Assembly: GCA_046596935.1 (NCBI GenBank)
Contig: JBKJLN010000350.1
Location: 1 to 34,027 of the forward strand
Length of the DNA stretch: 34,027 nt
Direction: 5' to 3'
Source of the DNA: Acidimicrobiales bacterium
GTDB taxonomy: Bacteria > Actinomycetota > Acidimicrobiia > Acidimicrobiales > CADCTF01
Shown here: piece after piece, positions 14,748 to 23,709 of the stretch
Layout: each line of letters starts with the position of its first letter
Numbering within the stretch: position 1 is the stretch's first letter
Program-made: the position numbers and the translations under genes
Notes under the pieces: generated by a model
Databases searched by the model: none
What the model saw: the letters and a program-made list of their open reading frames with translations, nothing else
What the model was told of the DNA's origin: nothing

Positions 14748-17700
14748 CTAGCCTCCCAGAGGACGCAGGCCGAGCTGTGAGCCACGGCGATTGAGGACGT
14801 TCTCGACCTTGCGGGCGATCTCGTTGAGGTCGTCATCCTTGCGGACGGTGTTGCCGGTGACGTTGATCGTGATGACCTGAGTTCCTCCACCGCCCGACTG
14901 GTACGGGTTCATGGTCAGCTTCTGCGGATCGCGCAGGATCGCCACAGCCTCGCCGCCAGCCTCGCCAGCGACTCCGTACTGACCAAGTGACGTTGCGCCA
15001 TTGACCGAGCCAATGAAGCCCTCAGCGTGGGTCTCGCCTGGGTTCCATCCGCCCATCGATGACTGGTCCGGGTCCGCAGGAAGACTGCCCTGGATCTCCT
15101 TGATCAGGCCGCGATAAACCTTGGCGTACGCCTGGATGACGGAGTTGGCCAGTTCGCCCATGTCCTTGCCAGTCGCGGCAGCCAGCTCACCGGTCGTGGT
15201 GATGATGGCGTTGGTCTTGTCCACGGCCTCCTGGAAGATCGCGCTGACCGTGGCGAGTTCCTTGTCGCGCTTCTTGGACAGGGCGGCGATCTTCTTCTCG
15301 GCCTTGGCCGTGTTGATCGTGATCTCGCGGCCTTCCGTCAGCAGGCCCAGACCAAGTTCTTGATCGGTGACAGATCTCCGCGCTGAGACGTTGAAGCCCT
15401 TGCCCGCCAGCGCGAACAGCTTCTTCTGAATGTCGAGCTGCTTCTGGGCAAAGTCAGCCTCGATCTTGGCAGCCTGCTTGCGGGCTTCGCGCTCCTCACT
15501 GGTCAGGCCCGGAGCTTGGAAGTTGGCGATGGCCCGCTGGAAGTTGATCTGACGCTGCGACAGCTCCAACGAGAGCGTCTGGCTCTGGCGCTGCAACTGG
15601 AAGTTCTGGCGCTCGATTGCACCCAGGTTGTTCGTGCCGCCTGCAATATCACCGACCAGCGCCTTGGCGTCCTGGAGTGAGCGCTTGGCAATGCCGATCT
15701 GGTAGCTGTACTGCTTCGCCGCCAGCGACGCCTGTTGGGTCTGAACACCAAGCTGGATGTCGGCGATCTGGTTGGCGTAGCCGGAGGCGGCATTGAGAGC
15801 CGCCGCGAACTGCTCGGCCTTGTCGGCACCCAACCCAGTGCCGTCAGACAGGATTGGACGACCGTCATCCTTCTCGCCCTGGCGGAGACCCGGAGGCCCG
15901 GAGCGAACGAAGTCGATGGCCGTCTTGCGGTTGGCCGCAGCCTGCTGGTTCAGCTCATTGGTAAGCTGACGGTTCTCCTGGGTGAAGCCCAGATCCTCTC
16001 GACCCGACAGCTTCAGATCACCTTCCTGAGCCGAGGCAATGCCGCGACCAGCAGGCAACAGCGTGCCCAGATTGAGGCCGCTCTGGAGTTCCCGAACCTG
16101 TGCCTGGGCGCGAAGAGAATCTTCTTGTGCCTTCAGGAGCTGTGCGGCCTCGGGCTTCGGCTCGTTGATTGCCTTCAGGGCATCGATGAGCCTAGTTGGA
16201 TCAGTGACCGCCTTGCCGCCCTCGGTCAGGACAACGCGCTCATCCCGTACCTTGTCGGCCAACCCCTGAGCATTGACAGAACGAAGAGCCCTCTCTTGAG
16301 CGGCCCTATCCTCTGGCGAGACTTTCTCGGTCTTGGTCGAGAACTCCAGGACTCCCTCGCCACCCTTCTTCAGGGCGTCGTTGAAGAACTTGATCGTGGA
16401 CTCGCTGTCAGCGAGTGACTTGAGTGCGTCCTGAGCTTGCTGGCCAGCCTGCTGATCGAATGGGTTCTGGCTGAGAGCCAACGCTGCATCACTGAGACCG
16501 ACGTTTGTCTGATCTCGCTGCCCGCGAGTCTGAAGCAGATCGAACTGAGTCGAGATCAGTTCGGATGTCGGAGCAGTCCCGCCAGCACCAAAGACTCCAC
16601 CGGTAGTTTCGGTGAGGTTCTTGTCGCCGACCCGATCGATGTTCTCGCCACGAATCTTGATCGCGGAGTTCAGCTCCTCGATACGAGACTGGAGCAACTT
16701 GTTGCCAGCCTCAGTCGTAACTCTCTCATCGATGACCGGACTGAGGCGCTCAGCAGAGGCCGCCGAGAAACCGAGCTGGGCTTCGCGTTGAGCAACAACT
16801 CGTTCGGTTGGGCCAGCTCCTCCTGCGACCTGATCCGACAACTCGGCAGTGACCCGAGCAGTTGTGCCAGCGAATCCGCCGATCCGGTCGGCCGCATTGG
16901 CAGTCGCGTCAACCACCGCCCCAACCCCAGCCTGGATCGGAGCAATCAACGCACCGCCCAATCCAAACTGGAGGGCACCGATCCCGCCAGCAGCCGCGCC
17001 ACCGATCGCAGCAGCCCCAAATGCCTTGGCAACGGTGCCCTTCTCAGTTGCCTCGCCGATGGCCTTCTTGAAGAGCTTGCCGGATCGATCCAGAGACGGG
17101 TTCAGTTCCTTGAGGCGCGTGTGCATGACGCCGAGTTCGCCAGCGATTGCCTTGCCACGCACGTCGATCTCGGCCTGACGCTCCGGCGTCGCGGTCGGGC
17201 GTTCGTTGCGAATGGCAAACTTCTCGTTGAGAAGCACCTTGCCCTTGCCGAGCGTGTCAGCCCGGACCATGCGCAAGCGGGCCATCTCGGACAGCTCGCT
17301 CGATGCGCGGAACAGTGCGGTCTGTTGCTTTTCCAGCGCCTTGCCACCGAGCTTCCCGGTGAGGGCGTCGGTCAGGGACGCGCCGAAGCCTCGCGACGGG
17401 TTCAGGCGGTTGGCGCGGTTCAACTGTGATCGAAGCGGGTTGAGCTTGTCCTGTTCCTTGTCCTGAAACTCCGCCTCGATGTCGAAGTTGTCGATCGAGC
17501 GGCGACGGCCGCTTTGCATCAACCGGTTCTTCGCAGCCTTGGCCTGGTTCTCTTCGCGTGCTCGCTGCTTTTCCAGGGCAACCTGTGACGTGTTGATCGG
17601 CTGGATCTTGAGCTGGGCTGCGGCTGCGGCTGCGGCGCTTCGCTCTTCCCTGGCCTGCTGGCGCTCGCGAGCGGTCAGCCCTCGATCGACTCGCAACGGA

Positions 17701-20700
17701 GACTGGCCACTCAGACTAGTCGCCTTCTCTTCTCGCTCTCTCTGGGCCGCCAGAGCATCCACGCTGCGGTTGAACTTCAGCGGCCCCTGAGTAGCGAGAG
17801 TTTCCTCTTTGAGGCTGCCTTCGGCGACACGGGGAGTCTTGTTGAAGTTGATCTGGTCGCCCTTGGGATAACGGTCACGGATCTTCCCGCGCAGCTCATC
17901 GACTGCGGACATCTCCTTGTCGGGGGCAGGAGCCTTCTTTCCACCGGTGGCAGATCCTGAACCTTCAGGAACCCACTCAACGCTGGTTCGCCACTTACCG
18001 CCGACCGAGTCCTGGTCATAGATGTTCTTGCGGCGCTTGCCACGACTGGACGTGCCACCCTCGGCACTGCCGCCACCCATGATCTCGACGGGCAGCGGGA
18101 ACTTGCCGACAACGATGACCTCGATCGGAGCGCCGCCCGGCTGGAAGCCGCGACCGTTCGGCCCGCCAACACCAACGCCACCCTCGCCGCGACCGTACTT
18201 GCGAGCCAGCTCCCGGTTGAAGCTGGAGAACGGAGGCTCGCCGACGGGAGGCTCTTCACCAGGAGGCGTCAGCCCACCAGCCCTGTTGTAGAACTCGCGA
18301 CCCGCATCACCGCTGCGAGAACCACGACCAGCCTTGGTGCGTCCGCCGCGACGACCCGTGGATGACGTTTCTCGTTCCGTGTTCCTGTTGACCTCATCAG
18401 GAAGCTGAACGGTCTGGGATCTCTCACCGGAGAGAAACGGCCCTGGGTACGTCACGAACTCGCCAGGAATCTTCGCAGCCTGATTACGCGACTTGTTCAG
18501 AGCCTCAGCAGCGTGGAAATCCAGCACCTGCTTGGCTTCGAGGCGAACCTCGTCCTCGGAAACGCCTTCGGGCAAGTTGGTGAGCGGCCGGTTTGCAGCC
18601 AGACGACGCTGCTCTTCGATGTTCGGCCCGCCAACGCGCTTCTTCTTGCCCTGGTCGTCCTCGATCAGACTCGTGCCGACGTTGGCAATCGAGCCCAGGA
18701 AGCGATCAGCCGCAACAGTGACGGCTCGGATGTGAGCCAACTGATCCCGCAGACCAGTCGTCTCTTCCTTCTGACGAGCTTCGATCGGAGGAACGAGCTG
18801 GGCGATGCTGCGGTTGTAGGTCGCCCGTGCAGCCTTGCGGGTCGGCTCGTCCTTGAACGACAGAAGATCAAGACCCTCGGCACCAGCGTCGGGATGCTCG
18901 ACGTCACGGGCTCCGTACTGCTTCTGGACACGCCGCAACGCCTGGCTCTTGGCTTCGCGGATCTCGCGATTTCGCGCTGCAACCGCGTCCTCGCCAATGA
19001 GCCGTGCTTCGATGCTCTGCTGCTCGATCCCCAGATCGGTCTGTGAACGAGCGTACTGCTGCTTGGTTTCGATCGATCCAGAGGGCGTGTGCCTACCCGT
19101 GACCGTTGGTGAGCCAACCTTCTCCTTTGGCACGCGACCGCCAATGCCGTCAGGGCTGCGATCCAGGGCTTCCTGGGCAAAGCGGTTTCGCTCGCGGAGC
19201 GTATCGATGACAGCTTTGCGCTCGGCTCCGATGTAGAAGTGCTCGCCCTTGTCGAGGGACTTCGGATTGCGAGCCTTGCCCACCAAGTTGAGCGCGTCGT
19301 ACATCGCTTCATCGACAGGCTTCAGGGCCTCTCGGATGGCGTTCTCGGTGAACCCGCCTTCGCCCGTCATCATCGAGCGCATCGGCAGGTCCGACTTGGC
19401 GATCTCCTCCATCTTGTCGAAGTAGATCGGCTTGAGGGACTTCTTCTGGCCTCGACGAACAGTCCCGTCGTCGTCAACCACCACGGCGTCCCTGCTGGTT
19501 ACCTCACCAGGAAGCTCACCGCTGTCGATCTTGGCACGGGTGGCCTTGCCGACAGCCTTGCGCTCGGCGGCCTGGAACACAGGCCCACCAGGGTTCGTCT
19601 GAACGCGGGCCTTGTTCTCTTCGGCGAATGCCCTGTCGGCTTCGGCGATCGTTGCGGCACGACGCTTGATCGCGGCGGCTTCCTTCTCCTTGAGCTGACG
19701 CTGGAGTTCATCGCGGGCGACGATCGCCGTGCCCACGTCATCGATCGCGGTGACCTTCTTGAGGCCCAGCGCATCGTCCTCCGGGATGGCGCGCTGGGCC
19801 ATCCCTCCAACAATCCCGAGGCGCTTCTCGATGTTCATCGTCGCCAGCTCGACGGCGCGACGAGCCTTCTTGATGACGGGGTCCTGGGACAGCATCCGCT
19901 CGGTGGCAGCGGCCGACTCGACCTGGGATCGCAGGGTTGACTGACCAGATCCTGGAGCGAACGAACCTGCGCCGCGATCACCAGGCATTGCCCCACGGAA
20001 CTGGACAGCATCTCGCCCGCTGCCAGCCATGATCCGGTTGAGGACCGACGACATCTTGTCGTCCGGGTTGGACTGCTTCTCGATACCGGGGAACAGCGCC
20101 TTCAGCGTGGTTGCCAGCAACTCGCTCGGGTTGGCTCGCTCTACGTAGCGACCACCAAGCGGGACGGGGCCGGTGCTCCCGGCGACCCGAGATCCTTCGG
20201 TCTCCTCCTGCATCGGACCCTTGGCCGGGTTGTACGGGATCAGCCGACCGGTTCGCTGCTTCCGGTTCTTCGGGTCCAGCTCGTATGCCAGGTTCTCGAA
20301 CGGCGTGACCATCGTCGCGGAGATACCGTCGAAGACTCGCTTCGTGGCTACGTCCAGAACCTTCTGGACGTCACCCAGACCACTCTGAGTTCCCTGAGAG
20401 CGACCCGCCGCGATCTTGGCGGCCTGGATCTCCTCGTAGACCGGATCACCCTTCTTGGCCAGACTGGCAGGGATCGCGATGTCCTTGACGGCCGGGACCT
20501 TGGTCGGATCGATGTCACCGGCCAGCGTCTTGATGTAGTCGATGAAGTCGTCGGCCTTGCGGATCTTGGCTGGCGCTGCTGTTTCGGCCGCAGGCGTTTC
20601 AGCCACAGGGCGAGCGGCCACGGCGGCTTGCTTGGGCGTCTCCTTGACGACGACCGGAGTCGGCTCCATGGCAGGCGCTGGGGCCGCGATAGGACGAGCA

Positions 20701-21854
20701 GGCTGGGTCTTCAGCTCCTCCATGAAGCTGGTCAGGAAGCCCTTGCCTGCCGACGCATTGACGACTTCGAGCGCCGCCCCAGCAATCGCCTCGGCACTGT
20801 CTTCGTTGAGACCGGACTTCTGGAGAGCCTTTGATCCAAGAGGACCGTGCTGCGTGATGTCGTCGTCGTTGTAGCGGTTGCCCTTGGGGTCCGCGACGTT
20901 GATCAGCTTCGCGGTCGAGACACCGAAGTGCTGGACTATGTCAGCCAGCTTGTCCATCTCGTTGCCGTCGGTCACATCGCGGTTGAACGCGGCTGAGGCT
21001 GGCGTACCGCGAGTGGCGCGTGCGATCTGCGAGTAGAGGCTGTTGATCGAGTCGCTCAGGCCCTCGGTGCCCTTGAATGTGGCATTGAGCGCATCGGTGA
21101 AGGATCTCTGGCCGTGAGGTGTCGGAGAACCCTGGGCCGCAGCCGCAGGGGTCTCACCGGATGGCCTGGCGGCCCCAACGCTTCCGACACCGATGTCCAA
21201 TCCCGAGAACGCTTCAAGAACTTGCTGGCGAATGCCCGCAATGTTGAGCTTGATGTCCACTTCGGGAACCGTGAGCTTCAGCTCGAACGGCTCAGCCAGA
21301 TCCTTTTCGACCTGGGGACGGACACTGCCAGTCTTGAATGTCAGGTTGGCGGCGGTCTTAGCCTCAGCTTTGGCGGCGGCGGGAGCAGCCTCCAGCCCGG
21401 CGATGCGAGCGAGCCGACCCTCGGTCCGGCGTGCTGGCGGGATCGGCTTGTCGAGGATGTGTGAGTAGTCGGGCTGACGACTCTCAGCCAGAGCCTTCTT
21501 GCGCTCGGCTGCACGGCGCGTGTTGATCGCGTCACGAACCCGCTTGTCCTCGGCTCGCTGAACCGCAGCAAGACGCTCGGTGCGCGACTGCTCATCCTGG
21601 AGCCTCTTGGCTTCCTGGGCCGCCTTGCCAGCGATCGGGTCGCGGACACGCTTGTTACCGCCCCCGGTGGGGGCAGGACCAGTCGCAGCAGCTTCAGTTG
21701 TCTCGGAGGCCCCGACGTTGACTTTCCAGTCACGTCCGACCAGCTCCTTGAGCCGGTTCTCGACACGTGTGAGGACAGCCTCAAGCTCGGTCGCGTTGCC
21801 GACAACGCCGACTTCCAGGGTTCCGAGGTCGTTGCCAGAGGACTCGTCAGTCAC
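14748..21854 (-). CDS. tail tape measure protein (2368 aa)
   Basis: Giant ORF immediately after the G/G-T chaperone genes (GTGA overlap). Long Ala/Glu/Lys/Arg/Gln-rich helical sequence. Gly/Ala-rich hydrophobic segment AFGAAAIGGAAAGGIGALQFGLGGALIAPIQAGVGAVV (nt ~16860-17040). Confidence 0.9.
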   Translation of the reverse strand: MTDESSGNDLGTLEVGVVGNATELEAVLTRVENRLKELVGRDWKVNVGASETTEAAATGPAPTGGGNKRVRDPIAGKAAQEAKRLQDEQSRTERLAAVQRAEDKRVRDAINTRRAAERKKALAESRQPDYSHILDKPIPPARRTEGRLARIAGLEAAPAAAKAEAKTAANLTFKTGSVRPQVEKDLAEPFELKLTVPEVDIKLNIAGIRQQVLEAFSGLDIGVGSVGAARPSGETPAAAAQGSPTPHGQRSFTDALNATFKGTEGLSDSINSLYSQIARATRGTPASAAFNRDVTDGNEMDKLADIVQHFGVSTAKLINVADPKGNRYNDDDITQHGPLGSKALQKSGLNEDSAEAIAGAALEVVNASAGKGFLTSFMEELKTQPARPIAAPAPAMEPTPVVVKETPKQAAVAARPVAETPAAETAAPAKIRKADDFIDYIKTLAGDIDPTKVPAVKDIAIPASLAKKGDPVYEEIQAAKIAAGRSQGTQSGLGDVQKVLDVATKRVFDGISATMVTPFENLAYELDPKNRKQRTGRLIPYNPAKGPMQEETEGSRVAGSTGPVPLGGRYVERANPSELLATTLKALFPGIEKQSNPDDKMSSVLNRIMAGSGRDAVQFRGAMPGDRGAGSFAPGSGQSTLRSQVESAAATERMLSQDPVIKKARRAVELATMNIEKRLGIVGGMAQRAIPEDDALGLKKVTAIDDVGTAIVARDELQRQLKEKEAAAIKRRAATIAEADRAFAEENKARVQTNPGGPVFQAAERKAVGKATRAKIDSGELPGEVTSRDAVVVDDDGTVRRGQKKSLKPIYFDKMEEIAKSDLPMRSMMTGEGGFTENAIREALKPVDEAMYDALNLVGKARNPKSLDKGEHFYIGAERKAVIDTLRERNRFAQEALDRSPDGIGGRVPKEKVGSPTVTGRHTPSGSIETKQQYARSQTDLGIEQQSIEARLIGEDAVAARNREIREAKSQALRRVQKQYGARDVEHPDAGAEGLDLLSFKDEPTRKAARATYNRSIAQLVPPIEARQKEETTGLRDQLAHIRAVTVAADRFLGSIANVGTSLIEDDQGKKKRVGGPNIEEQRRLAANRPLTNLPEGVSEDEVRLEAKQVLDFHAAEALNKSRNQAAKIPGEFVTYPGPFLSGERSQTVQLPDEVNRNTERETSSTGRRGGRTKAGRGSRSGDAGREFYNRAGGLTPPGEEPPVGEPPFSSFNRELARKYGRGEGGVGVGGPNGRGFQPGGAPIEVIVVGKFPLPVEIMGGGSAEGGTSSRGKRRKNIYDQDSVGGKWRTSVEWVPEGSGSATGGKKAPAPDKEMSAVDELRGKIRDRYPKGDQINFNKTPRVAEGSLKEETLATQGPLKFNRSVDALAAQREREEKATSLSGQSPLRVDRGLTARERQQAREERSAAAAAAAQLKIQPINTSQVALEKQRAREENQAKAAKNRLMQSGRRRSIDNFDIEAEFQDKEQDKLNPLRSQLNRANRLNPSRGFGASLTDALTGKLGGKALEKQQTALFRASSELSEMARLRMVRADTLGKGKVLLNEKFAIRNERPTATPERQAEIDVRGKAIAGELGVMHTRLKELNPSLDRSGKLFKKAIGEATEKGTVAKAFGAAAIGGAAAGGIGALQFGLGGALIAPIQAGVGAVVDATANAADRIGGFAGTTARVTAELSDQVAGGAGPTERVVAQREAQLGFSAASAERLSPVIDERVTTEAGNKLLQSRIEELNSAIKIRGENIDRVGDKNLTETTGGVFGAGGTAPTSELISTQFDLLQTRGQRDQTNVGLSDAALALSQNPFDQQAGQQAQDALKSLADSESTIKFFNDALKKGGEGVLEFSTKTEKVSPEDRAAQERALRSVNAQGLADKVRDERVVLTEGGKAVTDPTRLIDALKAINEPKPEAAQLLKAQEDSLRAQAQVRELQSGLNLGTLLPAGRGIASAQEGDLKLSGREDLGFTQENRQLTNELNQQAAANRKTAIDFVRSGPPGLRQGEKDDGRPILSDGTGLGADKAEQFAAALNAASGYANQIADIQLGVQTQQASLAAKQYSYQIGIAKRSLQDAKALVGDIAGGTNNLGAIERQNFQLQRQSQTLSLELSQRQINFQRAIANFQAPGLTSEEREARKQAAKIEADFAQKQLDIQKKLFALAGKGFNVSARRSVTDQELGLGLLTEGREITINTAKAEKKIAALSKKRDKELATVSAIFQEAVDKTNAIITTTGELAAATGKDMGELANSVIQAYAKVYRGLIKEIQGSLPADPDQSSMGGWNPGETHAEGFIGSVNGATSLGQYGVAGEAGGEAVAILRDPQKLTMNPYQSGGGGTQVITINVTGNTVRKDDDLNEIARKVENVLNRRGSQLGLRPLGG

Positions 21855-22374
21855 TCGACAATCACAGCTCCCTCTTCGATCTGAATGCCCGTCTGCTCCA
21901 CTGTCACGCCCGTGTCAGGCTTCCAGTTGGAGACAATCCGGTAGTACGCCCGCATACGGCGGTACTCACTGATCGGGACTTTGATCACGGCTGATGGGAT
22001 CGAACCAAACATCCGTGCGATCTCGGCCCGCTCGAAGTAAGCGGACGTCAGGAGTTTCCCGGTTCAGTCTTCTCACTCATGAGAGATTCCGAGTCGTTGA
22101 GATCGTTGACGAACTCGACGATCGCGGCGTAGACCCGCTGCGGCATCTTGTTCAGGGACTCCAGCGAGATGTTCGGCTCGATCGAGCTGATCGTGACCAT
22201 CATCCGCATCATGGTCCGGCCATTGAACGAGCCGTCCTTGGCGGTGGCCGTCTCGCGGCAGGTGTCGTTCTCCTCGACGGTCAGCTCACGGAAGCTGAAC
22301 TTGCCGCGCAGCCCGAGATCAAGCGTCTCGGTGAGCGTGGCCAGCGGATCGATCTTTGTGATTGGTGTCGGCAT
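21851..22374 (-). CDS. tail assembly chaperone G-T fusion via programmed -1 frameshift (about 174 aa)
   Basis: The -1 frame after G_GGA_AAC (22060-22054) stays open for 67 codons (LLTSAYFERAEIARMFGSIPSAVIKVPISEYRRMRAYYRIVSNWKPDTGVTVEQTGIQIEEGAVIVE). It stops at TGA 21853-21851, overlapping the tape measure GTG. The otherwise uncovered 193-nt gap is exactly filled. Confidence 0.65.
22048..22374 (-). CDS. tail assembly chaperone G (108 aa)
   Basis: Acidic small protein directly upstream of the tape measure. ATG 22374 (TTG 22398 is the alternative). Ends 3 codons after a canonical slippery heptamer. Confidence 0.75.
   Translation of the reverse strand: MPTPITKIDPLATLTETLDLGLRGKFSFRELTVEENDTCRETATAKDGSFNGRTMMRMMVTISSIEPNISLESLNKMPQRVYAAIVEFVNDLNDSESLMSEKTEPGNS
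22054..22060 (-). promoter_or_regulatory. -1 ribosomal frameshift slippery heptamer G_GGA_AAC
   Basis: Plus-strand gtttccc is GGGAAAC on the minus strand, in X_XXY_YYZ phase with the G reading frame (ccG GGA AAC tcc TGA). Confidence 0.65.
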
Positions 22375-22381
22375 CTCGGCC

Positions 22382-22702
22382 TCACTGTGGCTTGACAAGC
22401 GTTACTCCCTCGATGATCAGGTGGCCGTTGTCGTATTTGATCTCGACACCGTCCTCTGGGATGACCTGATAGGTCGTGTCTTTCCAGGGTTCGATCATGT
22501 ACTTCTTCTTGAACGACTCGGACTTCAGCAGCAGTTCGTTCTCGTACGACAAAACGGCGTGGAGAGTCCAGACAGGTAAACCCTGCCCGTTCTCTCCACG
22601 CCGTTCGAGCGTAGCTTTGCTGAAGATCCCCACGACTGCATCCAGACCGACCACTTTGATCGACCCGCCATAACAGTTGACGTTGTTGAGACGGAAGCTC
22701 AC
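22382..22702 (-). CDS. hypothetical protein (106 aa) inserted between the major tail and chaperone genes
   Basis: GTG 22702 preceded by ACAGGAG. Beta-rich sequence with no family recognised. Hand-counted G+C is about 54% over 300 nt, lower than its neighbours. Confidence 0.55.
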   Translation of the reverse strand: MSFRLNNVNCYGGSIKVVGLDAVVGIFSKATLERRGENGQGLPVWTLHAVLSYENELLLKSESFKKKYMIEPWKDTTYQVIPEDGVEIKYDNGHLIIEGVTLVKPQ

Positions 22703-22719
22703 TTCGCTCCTGTGTGTAG

Positions 22720-22753
22720 CTCCGGGTCACCCTGGGGGCGAGGTGACCCGGAG
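22720..22753 (-). terminator. strong intra-operon hairpin just after the major tail protein gene
   Basis: CTCCGGGTCACC / GGTGACCCGGAG perfect 12-bp stem with a 10-nt loop, 8 nt downstream of the TAA at 22761-22763. There is no U-tract, so it may be a partial terminator or a stabiliser. Confidence 0.45.
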
Positions 22754-22760
22754 CAGGGGA

Positions 22761-23171
22761 TTAGCTGAAGATGATCCACGCACCCTGAGCACGGAACTCG
22801 CCGGTCATCCGAACACCATCGGTATTGGACGCGGTGACGTTCGCGTCAATGAGGCCCGGACCGTGAGCGATCCACGCAGACGCCGTGGTGTCGTCGGCGT
22901 ACAGGTAGATCTCCTGGCTGTCCGACGTGGCCGCCGACAGAAGAAGGTCACCCGAGGTGTCCAGGAAGCCCGAGAAGGTGCCCTGGACGTTGGGGAGACC
23001 CGCGAGGTACGTCTTGTTGGTGTCACCGAAGACGGTGGCATCGACGTAGTCACGGTTCCGCTGGAGGGTCCACTCGGCCTTGGCAGCGACCTTGATGCCG
23101 CCGCCGCCCTTGACGCCGCCGAGGTAGATGGCCCCATTCTTTCCATGAATCTTTGTTCCCGAGTTTGCCAT
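22761..23171 (-). CDS. major tail (tube) protein
   Basis: 136 aa. Gly-rich beta protein (KIHGKNGAIYLGGVKGGGGIKVAAKAEWTLQ...FGDT...G.PNVQGTFSGFLD) in the canonical position upstream of the chaperones and tape measure, followed by the hairpin. Confidence 0.7.
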   Translation of the reverse strand: MANSGTKIHGKNGAIYLGGVKGGGGIKVAAKAEWTLQRNRDYVDATVFGDTNKTYLAGLPNVQGTFSGFLDTSGDLLLSAATSDSQEIYLYADDTTASAWIAHGPGLIDANVTASNTDGVRMTGEFRAQGAWIIFS

Positions 23172-23709
23172 GGTTTCTTGGTGTATCCTTCAGATCCATA
23201 CGGCCATAGGAGGCGACATGCCCAAGGGCGTCTATCACCGATCCCTGACCCCCGATCAGCGGTTCGATCGACGGATCGCGCAGTCGGGTGACTGCCGCGT
23301 CTGGACCGGCCCGGTGGCCAGTTCGGGCTACGGCAACTTCTGGTTCGAGGGCAAGTACATCGGTGCCCACGTCTACGCCTGGATCAGGGGCCACGGGCCG
23401 CTGAAGCCAGGTGAAGCCGTGCGGCACGGTCCTTGTCACAATCGGCTCTGTTGCCGCGAGGATCACCTCACGACTGGAACCAAGGGCGACAACAACCGGG
23501 ACCGCCAGCGAGACGGCACGCAGACCCGAGGGTCAGCCCACCACTCGTCGGTGTTGACCGAGGAGCTAATCCTCGAAGCACAACGACGACGCGCTCTCGG
23601 CGTGCCGTTCGCCAGGATCGCCAGAGACCTTGGAGTCAATGCCTCCACGCTCTATGACGCTGTCACTCACCGCAAGGGATCGTGGCTGCACGTCAAGGAC
23701 GATGCCTAG
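23172..23709 (+). mobile_element. putative free-standing homing-endonuclease insertion (antisense to the late operon)
   Basis: A 538-nt segment between the tail terminator-like gene and the major tail gene. It contains only an opposite-strand HNH gene paralogous to 2010..2579 and 26619..27089. Confidence 0.4.
23218..23709 (+). CDS. HNH homing endonuclease (HNH_3-type plus HTH), paralog 2 of 3
   Basis: ATG 23218 preceded by AGGAGG. Motifs CRVWTGPV.SSGYG.F....KYIGAHVYAW...GP...G..V.HGPCHNRLCC...HL..GT...N..D, then VLTEELI...G.PFARIARDLGVNASTLYDAV. The TAG stop overlaps the convergent stop of 23706..24125. Confidence 0.8.
   Translation: MPKGVYHRSLTPDQRFDRRIAQSGDCRVWTGPVASSGYGNFWFEGKYIGAHVYAWIRGHGPLKPGEAVRHGPCHNRLCCREDHLTTGTKGDNNRDRQRDGTQTRGSAHHSSVLTEELILEAQRRRALGVPFARIARDLGVNASTLYDAVTHRKGSWLHVKDDA

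Noticed and set aside
15735-19940. Several long plus-strand ORFs (227, 330, 177, 233 aa) antisense to the tape measure gene
   Set aside because: Antisense shadows of a 7-kb GC-rich gene. Leu/Arg/Gly-rich, no RBS, and they would break an uninterrupted 2368-aa ORF.
21996-22006. GGTTCGATCCC, a tRNA T-loop-like motif on the minus strand
   Set aside because: The flanks do not form a 5-bp T-stem, and there is no matching acceptor stem or anticodon arm in the upstream ~70 nt. The motif lies in the coding T extension (..FGSIPS..).
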